Assembly: GCF_042650605.1 (NCBI RefSeq)
Contig: NZ_JBHSBN010000027.1
Coordinates: 17,199-41,198, forward strand
DNA length: 24,000 nucleotides
Direction: 5' to 3'
From: Micromonospora zhanjiangensis
GTDB lineage: Bacteria; Actinomycetota; Actinomycetes; Mycobacteriales; Micromonosporaceae
This document shows, one piece after another, positions 15,960 to 23,007 of the stretch; positions within the stretch are counted from its first letter, which is position 1; each line of letters opens with the position of its first letter. The position numbers and the translations under genes are program-made. A model generated the notes under the pieces. It was not told the DNA's origin. It saw only the letters and a list, made by a program, of their open reading frames with translations, and did not search any database.

Positions 15960-16736
15960 ATGCTGGGAGAGCCGCGGATCGGCGACGTGTTCGGTGAACT
16001 GCTGCGGGACGCGTACGCCGTCGAGACCGGGATCGGGCCGCGCCCGTTGGTCGGTGGCCGGCTGCCCCGACCGGTCATCGAGATCATCGAACGGGACGAC
16101 GGACTGATCAACGGGGCGCCGGCCGCGCACTACCTCGCCGGCCCGGACGACTGGCAGCCGTACGACCATCGGGCCGTGGACCGGGTGACCGGCAGCGTCC
16201 TCGACATCGGTGTCGGCGGTGGCCGGATCGCGCTGCACCTGCAGGCGCGCGGGGTGCCGGTGACCGGCCTGGACGTGTCGCCGGGCGCGCTCGCGGTGTG
16301 CCGTCGGCGCGGCGTACGCGATCTGGTGCTCGGCACCGTCGACGAGCACGCGACCGGCGACCGGCGGTACGACACCCTGTTGTTGCTCGGCAACAACCTG
16401 GGACTGATCGAGGGGCGGCACCGGGCCGCCGGGTTCCTCGGCGCGCTGGCGGCGCTGGCCCGGCCGGGCGCCCGGATCATCGCGCACGGCACCGACCCGT
16501 ACGGCACGACCGATCCGGTGCACGTCGGCTACCACGAGTCGAACCGGCGCCGGGGCCGGCTCGGCGGCCAGTTGCGGTTGCGGCTGCGCTACCGGGAACT
16601 GGGCACCGACTGGTTCGACTACCTGGTCTGCACGCCGGAGGAACTCGCCGAGCTGGTGCACGGCACCCCGTGGCGGCTGACCGACGTGGACACCGCCGAC
16701 GCCCCGTACTACCTGGCGACCCTGCGGCTGGCCTGA
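15960..16736 (+). CDS. Class I SAM-dependent methyltransferase
   Basis: ATG at 15960. Motif I is VLDIGVGGGRIALHL, followed by an acidic post-I residue (GLDVS). The substrate is unknown. Confidence 0.75.
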   Translation: MLGEPRIGDVFGELLRDAYAVETGIGPRPLVGGRLPRPVIEIIERDDGLINGAPAAHYLAGPDDWQPYDHRAVDRVTGSVLDIGVGGGRIALHLQARGVPVTGLDVSPGALAVCRRRGVRDLVLGTVDEHATGDRRYDTLLLLGNNLGLIEGRHRAAGFLGALAALARPGARIIAHGTDPYGTTDPVHVGYHESNRRRGRLGGQLRLRLRYRELGTDWFDYLVCTPEELAELVHGTPWRLTDVDTADAPYYLATLRLA

Positions 16737-16739
16737 CGG

Positions 16740-16768
16740 GTCCGGCTGACCCGACCGGTCAGCCGGAC
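16740..16768. terminator. 12-bp perfect hairpin spanning the gap between convergent genes and overlapping the TetR stop
   Basis: gtccggctgacc-cgacc-ggtcagccggac lies between the methyltransferase stop (16734-16736) and the TetR stop (16759-16761). Confidence 0.55.
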
Positions 16769-17400
16769 GGGAACGGCGGTTCGGCGGGAATGCCGGCGGT
16801 CAGCGCGGCGAACGCGCGCCGGCGCAGCGCGGCCAGCGAGCCGGTGCCGTCGCCGGCCGACCAGGCCTGCAACGCCACGTCCCAGGAGGAGACGGCGGCC
16901 GTGGCGACCAGCAACGGGTACGGGTCGGTGGCGGGCAGCCCGGTGCGTTCGGCGACGAAATCCTGGAAGACCTGGCGCAGCTCGTTGTTGAGCAACAGGT
17001 ACATGCCCGTCAGCGACGGCTGGCGGTCCATCAGCCGGAGCCGGGTGATGATCTGCACCTGCTCGTCCTGGTCGAAGTCGAGCGCGTCCAGCACCGCGCC
17101 GACGGCCAACAACGGTGACTCGTCGGGCGGACTGGCGGCCAACGCGGCGCGCAGGTGGTTGATCCGCTGGTGCGCCACGTCACCGAAGAGCACGTGCTGC
17201 TTGGACGAGAAGTACCGGAAGAAGGTGCGGACGGCGACGTCGGCGGTCTCCGCGATCTCCTCGACGGTGGTGTGTTCGTACCCCTTCTCCGCGAACAGGC
17301 GCAGCGCCGCCCGCTCCAGCGCCGCCCGGGTCTCCTGCTTCTTGCGTTCCCGGCGGCTGGTGGGCAACTCGACGGAGACGCCGATCTCGGACGTCGTCAC
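16759..17400 (-). CDS. TetR/AcrR family transcriptional regulator
   Basis: GTG at 17400. The N-terminal HTH is RRERKKQETRAALERAALRLFAEKGYEHTTVEEIAETADVAVRTFFRYFSSK. Confidence 0.9.
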   Translation of the reverse strand: MTTSEIGVSVELPTSRRERKKQETRAALERAALRLFAEKGYEHTTVEEIAETADVAVRTFFRYFSSKQHVLFGDVAHQRINHLRAALAASPPDESPLLAVGAVLDALDFDQDEQVQIITRLRLMDRQPSLTGMYLLLNNELRQVFQDFVAERTGLPATDPYPLLVATAAVSSWDVALQAWSAGDGTGSLAALRRRAFAALTAGIPAEPPFPSG

Positions 17401-17468
17401 CTGGTCATCGTCTCACGGGGCGACGCCCGGCCGTACCGGTCGGGCACCCGATGTGACGGTGCGCGCAC

Positions 17469-17494
17469 GCCGGCCGACCGCCCGGTCGGCCGGC
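17469..17494. promoter_or_regulatory. 26-bp palindrome (12-bp perfect arms), either an operator upstream of tetR or the terminator of the upstream small gene
   Basis: gccggccgaccg-cc-cggtcggccggc lies 70-95 bp upstream of the TetR start and 35 bp downstream of the stop at 17529. Confidence 0.4.
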
Positions 17495-17528
17495 TGCGCG
17501 ACCGACCGGGCACGCGACCGTACGGGGT

Positions 17529-17801
17529 TCAGGCGGTCGGCGGCAGCGGAGCCGGCGGTAGTCCGCCGTCCCCGTCGACCACCTCGTCCGGAGTGCCGTC
17601 CTCGTCGATGTCCACCATCGTGATGTCGACCTTGCCGTCGCCGTCGGTGTCGAACTGGAACAGGTCGGCCTTGCCGTCCCCGTCGGTGTCGGTCACCCAC
17701 ACGTCGGTCTTGCCGTCGTTGTTGGTGTCCATCCGGATCAGGTCGACGCGCTCGTCGCCACGGGTCTCGACGGTCTCCTGGGACTCCGGTGCCTCGGTCA
17801 T
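17529..17801 (-). CDS. Small acidic protein with four DxDxDG (EF-hand/FG-GAP-like) calcium-binding-type loops
   Basis: ATG at 17801. The product is MTEAPESQETVETRGDERVDLIRMDTNNDGKTDVWVTDTDGDGKADLFQFDTDGDGKVDITMVDIDEDGTPDEVVDGDGG... It has no signal peptide. GC3 bias is good. Confidence 0.6.
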   Translation of the reverse strand: MTEAPESQETVETRGDERVDLIRMDTNNDGKTDVWVTDTDGDGKADLFQFDTDGDGKVDITMVDIDEDGTPDEVVDGDGGLPPAPLPPTA

Positions 17802-17865
17802 CGGCTGGCCTTTCTCTGCGGGGGGTCTGATCGTTGGCGGAAGGTTTGGCAGGCGTTGCTTACTA

Positions 17866-17885
17866 CCCGGTGCGGCCGCACCGGG
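17866..17885. promoter_or_regulatory. Perfect 20-bp palindrome in the divergent promoter region; candidate operator
   Basis: cccggtgcggccgcaccggg equals its own reverse complement. It lies between the starts at 17801 (-) and 17957 (+). Confidence 0.4.
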
Positions 17886-17956
17886 AACACGCGTCCCGAC
17901 GGCCGACCCGGGACCCATGCAAACAGGTGCGCGGGCCGCTGCATAGGGTCGGCGGC

Positions 17957-18841
17957 ATGAACGAGCGAAGCGGAATGCCGATGGTGGGCGAGCGGTTCGT
18001 CGTCGTCGGCGCCGGCACCATGGGCCTCGGCATCGCGTACGTGGCGGCCGGTGCCGGGTACGGGGTCGACCTGGTCGAGGTCGACGTGGCCCGCGCCGAA
18101 TCGGCCGCGGTGACGCTCGACGGGCTGTGGGACAAGGCCGTCCGGCGCGGGAAGCTGACGCCGGGCGAGGCGGCGGAGAGTCGTACCCGGGTGGTGGTCC
18201 GGACCGACCTGGCCGCGGTGGCCGACGGCCCGGACGTGGTCGTCGAGGCCGTGCCCGAGCGTGCGGACCTGAAGCGGACCGTGCTGGCCGCCGCCGAGGC
18301 GCTGCGGCCCGCCCTGCTGGCCAGCAACACCTCCAGCATCCCCATCGCCGAGCTGGCGACCGGCCTGGCCCGACCGGAACGGTTCGTGGGGTTGCACTTC
18401 TTCAACCCGGTCTGGGCGATGGCGCTGATCGAGGTGGTGGTCGGGCCGGCCACCACCGAGGAGACCACCGGGGCTGCGGTCGCCCTCGCCGGCCGGCTCG
18501 GCAAGGATCCGATCGTGGTCCGCGACCTGCCCGGCTTCGCCACCTCGCGGCTGGGGGTGACGCTCGGGCTGGAGGCGATCCGGATGGTCGCCGACGGGGT
18601 GGCCAGCCCGGCCGACATCGACAAGGCGATGGTGCTCGGCTACCGGCACCCGGTCGGCCCGTTGGAGTTGACCGACCTGGTCGGGCTGGACGTCCGGCTG
18701 GACATCGCGCGGACCCTGCAACGCGCCTACGGAGACCGGTTCGCCCCGCCGCCGCTGCTGGAGTCGATGGTCGAACAGGGCCGGCTGGGCAAGAAGTCGG
18801 GCCGGGGCTTCTACCACTGGGAAGGCGGCGTACGGCGGTGA
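17957..18841 (+). CDS. 3-hydroxyacyl-CoA / 3-hydroxybutyryl-CoA dehydrogenase
   Basis: The Rossmann motif VVVGAGTMGLGIA, the SNTSSIPI signature and the C-terminal GKKSGRGFY are present. The start is ambiguous among ATG 17957, 17975 and 17981. Confidence 0.88.
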   Translation: MNERSGMPMVGERFVVVGAGTMGLGIAYVAAGAGYGVDLVEVDVARAESAAVTLDGLWDKAVRRGKLTPGEAAESRTRVVVRTDLAAVADGPDVVVEAVPERADLKRTVLAAAEALRPALLASNTSSIPIAELATGLARPERFVGLHFFNPVWAMALIEVVVGPATTEETTGAAVALAGRLGKDPIVVRDLPGFATSRLGVTLGLEAIRMVADGVASPADIDKAMVLGYRHPVGPLELTDLVGLDVRLDIARTLQRAYGDRFAPPPLLESMVEQGRLGKKSGRGFYHWEGGVRR

Positions 18842-19575
18842 GCCTGCGGATCGAACACCGCGCCGACCGGGTCGTGGTGACCCTGGACCGGCCGGAGAAG
18901 CGCAACGCGATCGACGCCGAGATGATCACCGCGTTGCACGACCTGTGCGGCGCGCTGGAGCGCGAGCCCCGGTTGCTGCTGCTCACCGGCGGCACCGACG
19001 GGATCTTCGCGGCCGGGGCGGACATCGCCCAGTTGCGGGAGCGGGACCGGTCGGACGCCCTCGCGGCGATCAACTCGGCGTTGTTCGCCCGCGTCCGGGC
19101 ACTGCCGCTGCCCACCGTGGCCGCCGTGGACGGCCCGGCGCTGGGTGGCGGCGCCGAGCTGTCGTACGCCTGTGACCTGCGGGTCTGCACCGGGCGGGCG
19201 TTCTTCGGCCAGCCGGAGGTACGGCTCGGCATCATCGCCGGCGCGGGGGCAACTCACCGGCTGCCGGCGCTGGTGGGTGAGGCGCGCGCCAAGGAACTGC
19301 TGTTCACCGGCCGGCGGGTGGACGCCGCCGAGGCGCTGCGCATCGGACTGGTCAACCGGGTGGTGGACGAGCCCGGCGAGTTGCTCGGCGCCGCGCACGA
19401 GCTGCTCGACGACATCGCCAAGGGGTCCCCGCTGGCGCTGCGGCTGACCAAGCTCGCGGTGGACGCGCCCGCAGCGGCGCACCCGCAACTCGACCTGGTC
19501 AGCCAGGCGGTGCTGTTCGAGGACGAGGAGAAGCGCCGGCGGATGACCGCGTTCCTGGACCGTTCCGGACGGTGA
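18838..19575 (+). CDS. Enoyl-CoA hydratase/isomerase (crotonase) family protein
   Basis: GTG at 18838 overlaps the preceding stop (GTGA). The product has PEKRNA, the oxyanion-hole region FAAGADI and GPALGGGAELSYACDLRV. Confidence 0.88.
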   Translation: MSLRIEHRADRVVVTLDRPEKRNAIDAEMITALHDLCGALEREPRLLLLTGGTDGIFAAGADIAQLRERDRSDALAAINSALFARVRALPLPTVAAVDGPALGGGAELSYACDLRVCTGRAFFGQPEVRLGIIAGAGATHRLPALVGEARAKELLFTGRRVDAAEALRIGLVNRVVDEPGELLGAAHELLDDIAKGSPLALRLTKLAVDAPAAAHPQLDLVSQAVLFEDEEKRRRMTAFLDRSGR

Positions 19576-19632
19576 GCACTGCCGGACGGTGAGCACTGCC
19601 GGACGGTGAGCCGGTCCGGGCGGTGAGCCGGG
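19565..19632 (+). repeat. 17-bp tandem repeat (ccggacggtgagcactg), 2 perfect plus 2 degenerate copies, starting inside the last codons of the crotonase gene
   Basis: Copies at 19565-19581 and 19582-19598 are identical. The core cggtgagc recurs at a 17-nt period twice more, out to about 19630. Each copy carries the TGA. Confidence 0.85.
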
Positions 19633-19688
19633 ACGACGCCGGCCGGGCACCCCGCGGATGCCCGGCCGGTACGGAAGCCCGTCGTCGG

Positions 19689-21041
19689 TCAGCTCACGAA
19701 CTCCACCTTGGCCGCGGCGAGCGCCTTGATCACCTCGGTCGACTCGGCGAAGCCGATGACCAGTACGGCGTCGGCGCCATAGTTCCTGATCTCCTCGGCG
19801 CCGGCGGTGAAGTTGACCGGTGGGGCCTTCGAGTCGGCCGGCGGGTCGTAGGTCAGCAGCTTCACCCGGTCGCCGCCGACACCCACCCGTTCCAGCTCGG
19901 AGCGGACGTTGCCCTGCAGACCCTCGCCATAGGAGTCCTTCCGGGCCACGATGGCGATCTTCTTCGGCCCGTCCCGCAGGATCACGTCGGCCAGGGCCCG
20001 GCCCTGCAGGATGTCCGACGGGGCGGTCCGGAAGTAGAGACCCTTGTCCTCGACCGTGCTGAGCCCGGCGTCCGTGTTGGACGGGGAGAACATGATCAGA
20101 CCGGCGGCCACCACGTCCGGCAGCACCGCCCGGCTGATGCCGGACGCGGCGGCACCGATGATCACGCTGACCCCGGCGCCGACGTGCTTCGCGACGGTCG
20201 CCTTCGCGACCGCCGGGTTGGTACCGTCGTCGCCGTCGACCCACTGCACCGGATCGCCCAGTGCGCCGCCCGCGGCGTTGATGTCCTTGATCGCCAGGTC
20301 GGCGGCGGTCTTCATCGGCGGGTAGGCGAACGCCAGGTCGCCGGTCTGCGGCAGCAGCCCACCGATCTTCAGCGGTGAGCCGTCCTTCTTGTCGTTCTTG
20401 CCGCCCTGCTGCTTCTTGGCCGGCGGCGGAGCCTTCTTGCTGGCGGCGGACTCGTCACCGGCCCCGACGAACTCGGTCTTGCCGTCGTCGATCTGCCCGT
20501 TCAGGTTGAAGTGCAGGGTGGCGTAGCTGGCCGTGGACGGCTCGCCGGCGTCGGTGAAGCCACCCCGGGTGAGGGACGGCCCGCGGTACTCGATGTCGAC
20601 GCCCTCCCGGGCCAGCTCCAGGCACGTCGCCGCGCTCTCGCAGCGCTCACCGCCGTTGGTGACCCCGTCGATCTGGGCGGCGATGTCCGCCGGCGCGGTC
20701 GAGCCGGCCAACTGTGCCGCGAGCGCGCTGATCACGACGGCGTCGTAGGTCTCGCCCGCGTACAGGTAGTCGGTGAGCTTGTTGTTGAGCGCCACCATCC
20801 GACTCTTGAAGCTCTGGGGCAGCTGGGTGAGCGGGATCGTCCCCTTCATGCCGTTCAGCAGGCCGGCCTGGTCCTTCAACTCCTTACCGAAGCCGTTCTG
20901 CATGTTGCCGTCGCTGCCGTAGAGCCGCACCGCGATGGGTGTTTCCGGCTGCGCCGTGTCGTTACCGCAGGCACTGACGGTGAACAGCAGCGCCGTGCAG
21001 GCGGCCAGTGCAACGCCGCGCGGGCCGCGTGATACGAGCAT
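19689..21041 (-). CDS. Lipoprotein, type-I periplasmic solute-binding protein (LivJ/Peripla_BP_6-like) with apparently permuted segment order; orphan, with no adjacent ABC genes
   Basis: ATG at 21041 follows GGGAGAGAGGA. The signal peptide with lipobox is LLFTVSAC. Residues about 223-450 (PLKIGGLLPQTGDLAFAYPPMKTAADLAIKDINAAGG...) match the canonical N-terminal two-thirds of branched-chain amino-acid binding proteins. Residues about 36-192 (..YAGETYDAVVISALAAQLAGSTAPADIAAQI..) match the canonical C-terminal third. The ORF-track extension to 22088 was rejected. Confidence 0.85.
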   Translation of the reverse strand: MLVSRGPRGVALAACTALLFTVSACGNDTAQPETPIAVRLYGSDGNMQNGFGKELKDQAGLLNGMKGTIPLTQLPQSFKSRMVALNNKLTDYLYAGETYDAVVISALAAQLAGSTAPADIAAQIDGVTNGGERCESAATCLELAREGVDIEYRGPSLTRGGFTDAGEPSTASYATLHFNLNGQIDDGKTEFVGAGDESAASKKAPPPAKKQQGGKNDKKDGSPLKIGGLLPQTGDLAFAYPPMKTAADLAIKDINAAGGALGDPVQWVDGDDGTNPAVAKATVAKHVGAGVSVIIGAAASGISRAVLPDVVAAGLIMFSPSNTDAGLSTVEDKGLYFRTAPSDILQGRALADVILRDGPKKIAIVARKDSYGEGLQGNVRSELERVGVGGDRVKLLTYDPPADSKAPPVNFTAGAEEIRNYGADAVLVIGFAESTEVIKALAAAKVEFVS

Positions 21042-21209
21042 GGGGTCTGTCCTCTCTCCCCGAGGGTCCGTGCGCACCCTAACGTGCCGGCCCTCACCCT
21101 GGCGATGGCCGGGCCGCTGTTCAGGGCCGTACGACCGGTTCAGGGCCAGGTCAGGACGGATCCGCGGACTTTGAGATGTCTCTTGACCTGGCGGCATACG
21201 CTCTGGCAC

Positions 21210-21599
21210 GTGACGGACGTTCCGCAGCAGATCCTCGACGACGCGACCGCGGTGTTGCACTGTGCGCTGGCCGGTGACAGCGACGCGGTGGTCGACACCT
21301 TCGACGCCGTCCTCGACCGGTCGGGCATGGTGGGGGCGTACGACGTCGCCTGGTGCCTGGCCGCAGCGATGGTCGGCGACAACGCCTCCCGGGGTGGTTG
21401 CACACTGGACTTTCCGGGAATCGACGAGGCCGACTACGACGCGCGGTGGGTGGCCCGCTTCGTCAGCGCGTACGCCAACTCCGACGTCGACACCGCCGAG
21501 GCGTTGTTCGGTGCGGCCCTGGCCGACGGGCAACTGCCCGACTGTCTGCTGACCCTCGCCGGCTCGGCGGTGGCGACGCTGCGCAACCGCCGGACGTGA
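21210..21599 (+). CDS. Hypothetical protein
   Basis: The frame has good GC3 from about 21210 onward. The start is uncertain: GTG 21210, or TTG 21171/21183. The ORF-track start at 21084 leaves too little room for the divergent promoter. I did not recognise any family. Confidence 0.5.
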   Translation: MTDVPQQILDDATAVLHCALAGDSDAVVDTFDAVLDRSGMVGAYDVAWCLAAAMVGDNASRGGCTLDFPGIDEADYDARWVARFVSAYANSDVDTAEALFGAALADGQLPDCLLTLAGSAVATLRNRRT

Positions 21600-21705
21600 C
21601 CCGGCGGCTCTCCCGCGTGGCCGGCGGGACAATTCGCGATCGCGGCGGCCCGGCCGGGCGGGGCGCTGCCGCCGAGCGTAGGCCAGGTGTGATAGCTCTG
21701 TCGGC

Positions 21706-22428
21706 ATGTCCGACGCGATCCTGAGTAAGGTCCGCAAACTGCTGGCCAAGGCCGAGGACCCGGCCTGTACGCCGGCCGAGGCCGAGGCGTTCACCGCCAA
21801 GGCGACCGAGCTGATCGCGCGGTACGGGGTCGACCGGGCGCTGCTGGCGGCCCGGGAACCGACCAGCGACCCGATCGGCGACCGGGTGATCGACGTGGTC
21901 GCACCGTACGCACTGGACAAGACCGGCCTGCTCGCCGGGATCGCCGACGCGCTGCGCTGCCGGTCGGTCCGCCGGCGCGACGGCTCGGGATTCGCCGTGC
22001 ACCTGTTCGGCTTCGCGAGCGACCTCGAACGGGTCGAGTTGTTGTTCACCTCGTTGCTGGTCCAGGCCGCGCACGGGATCGCCGGCACACCGGTGCCTTC
22101 GGGCGAGCACCCGGCGGCGTTCCGGCGGTCGTGGCTGGCCGGCTTCGCCGCCGCGGTGGCCCACCGGCTGCGGGCCGCCGAGGCAGCGGCGGCGGATTCG
22201 GCGGGTACGGCCCCGTCGACCGGCGTCCCGTCGGTGGCCCTGGTCCTCGCCGACCGGTCGGACCGGGTCGATCGCCGGGTGGCCGAGGTCTACCCGCGGC
22301 TGCGCACCGCCGGCCCGCGCCGGCTGCTCGGGCGGGGCCTGGGGCTGGGCGCCGCCGCGGGCCGCCGCGCCGATCTGGGCGGTACCGGCCTGCGGACCGG
22401 CCGAGCCACCCCGCTGACCGGGGGTTGA
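21706..22428 (+). CDS. DUF2786 domain-containing protein
   Basis: The N-terminus MSDAILSKVRKLLAKAEDPACTPAEAEAFTAKATELIARYGV matches the characteristic DUF2786 helix pair as I remember it (KIxKLLAKAEST..xEAEAxxAKAQELM). Confidence 0.72.
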   Translation: MSDAILSKVRKLLAKAEDPACTPAEAEAFTAKATELIARYGVDRALLAAREPTSDPIGDRVIDVVAPYALDKTGLLAGIADALRCRSVRRRDGSGFAVHLFGFASDLERVELLFTSLLVQAAHGIAGTPVPSGEHPAAFRRSWLAGFAAAVAHRLRAAEAAAADSAGTAPSTGVPSVALVLADRSDRVDRRVAEVYPRLRTAGPRRLLGRGLGLGAAAGRRADLGGTGLRTGRATPLTGG

Positions 22429-22461
22429 CCTGGACCGGAGTCGACGTCCTAGCCTGCGCCC

Positions 22462-22875
22462 ATGGTCACCCTGAGCGGCGCCGCGCCGCACATCCGGATC
22501 GCCCGCCCGTCCCGCGACCTCGCCGCCGCCGAACGGTTCTGGTCCGACGGCCTCGGATTGGACGTGTTGTTCCGCGCATCCGCCGACGGGCCCGGCGAAC
22601 ACGACCTGCTCATGCTGGGCTGGCGGGACGCCGGGTGGCATCTCGAACTGGTCGGTGGCCGGCAGCTCACCGCCGAACCCAGTCCCACCGCCGAGGATCT
22701 TCTCGTCGTGTACCTCGACGCTCCGGTGGACGGGCAGCTCGTGGCCCGGCTCGAACGGGCCGGTGGCACCCTGGTCTCGGGCGGTCCGTACTGGGACCGA
22801 TGGGGTGTCACCCTGGCCGACCCGGACGGGTACCGGTTGGTGCTGAGCACCCGCGGCTGGACCAACGCGCCCTGA
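22462..22875 (+). CDS. VOC (glyoxalase/bleomycin-resistance/dioxygenase) family protein
   Basis: The 137-aa product shows a beta-alpha-beta-beta-beta style pattern: IRIARPSRDLAAAERFWSDGLGLDVL...HLELV...GVTLADPDGYRLVL. Confidence 0.78.
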   Translation: MVTLSGAAPHIRIARPSRDLAAAERFWSDGLGLDVLFRASADGPGEHDLLMLGWRDAGWHLELVGGRQLTAEPSPTAEDLLVVYLDAPVDGQLVARLERAGGTLVSGGPYWDRWGVTLADPDGYRLVLSTRGWTNAP

Positions 22876-22928
22876 CCGTACCGGGCGTGGCGCCGCCCCG
22901 ACCGGCGGTCCGGCGGTGGCGAGTTCGA

Positions 22929-22971
22929 GCCCACAGCGAAGACGTAGAGCCACTACGTTTTCGCTGTGGGC
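22929..22971. terminator. 19-bp stem / 5-nt loop hairpin between convergent genes; strong bidirectional terminator
   Basis: gcccacagcgaagacgtag-agcca-ctacgttttcgctgtgggc forms 18 Watson-Crick pairs plus one G-T wobble. The right arm contains TTTT. Confidence 0.65.
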
Positions 22972-23007
22972 CCGAAACAGTGACGTCAGCCGGCGGCGCC
23001 GCTGGCG

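Noticed and set aside
21084-21209. The track start (GTG 21084) for the hypothetical protein ending at 21599.
   Set aside because: It leaves only about 40 bp between divergent start codons, and third-position GC is poor until about 21210. The start remains uncertain (TTG 21171/21183 are also possible).
21042-22088. An N-terminal extension of the SBP ORF (the track calls 19689-22088, 799 aa), plus the 496-aa minus-strand ORF at 21463-22953.
   Set aside because: The signal peptide with lipobox and the strong SD define the start at 21041. The upstream parts lie antisense to the DUF2786, VOC and hypothetical genes and are Arg/Pro-rich shadow sequence.
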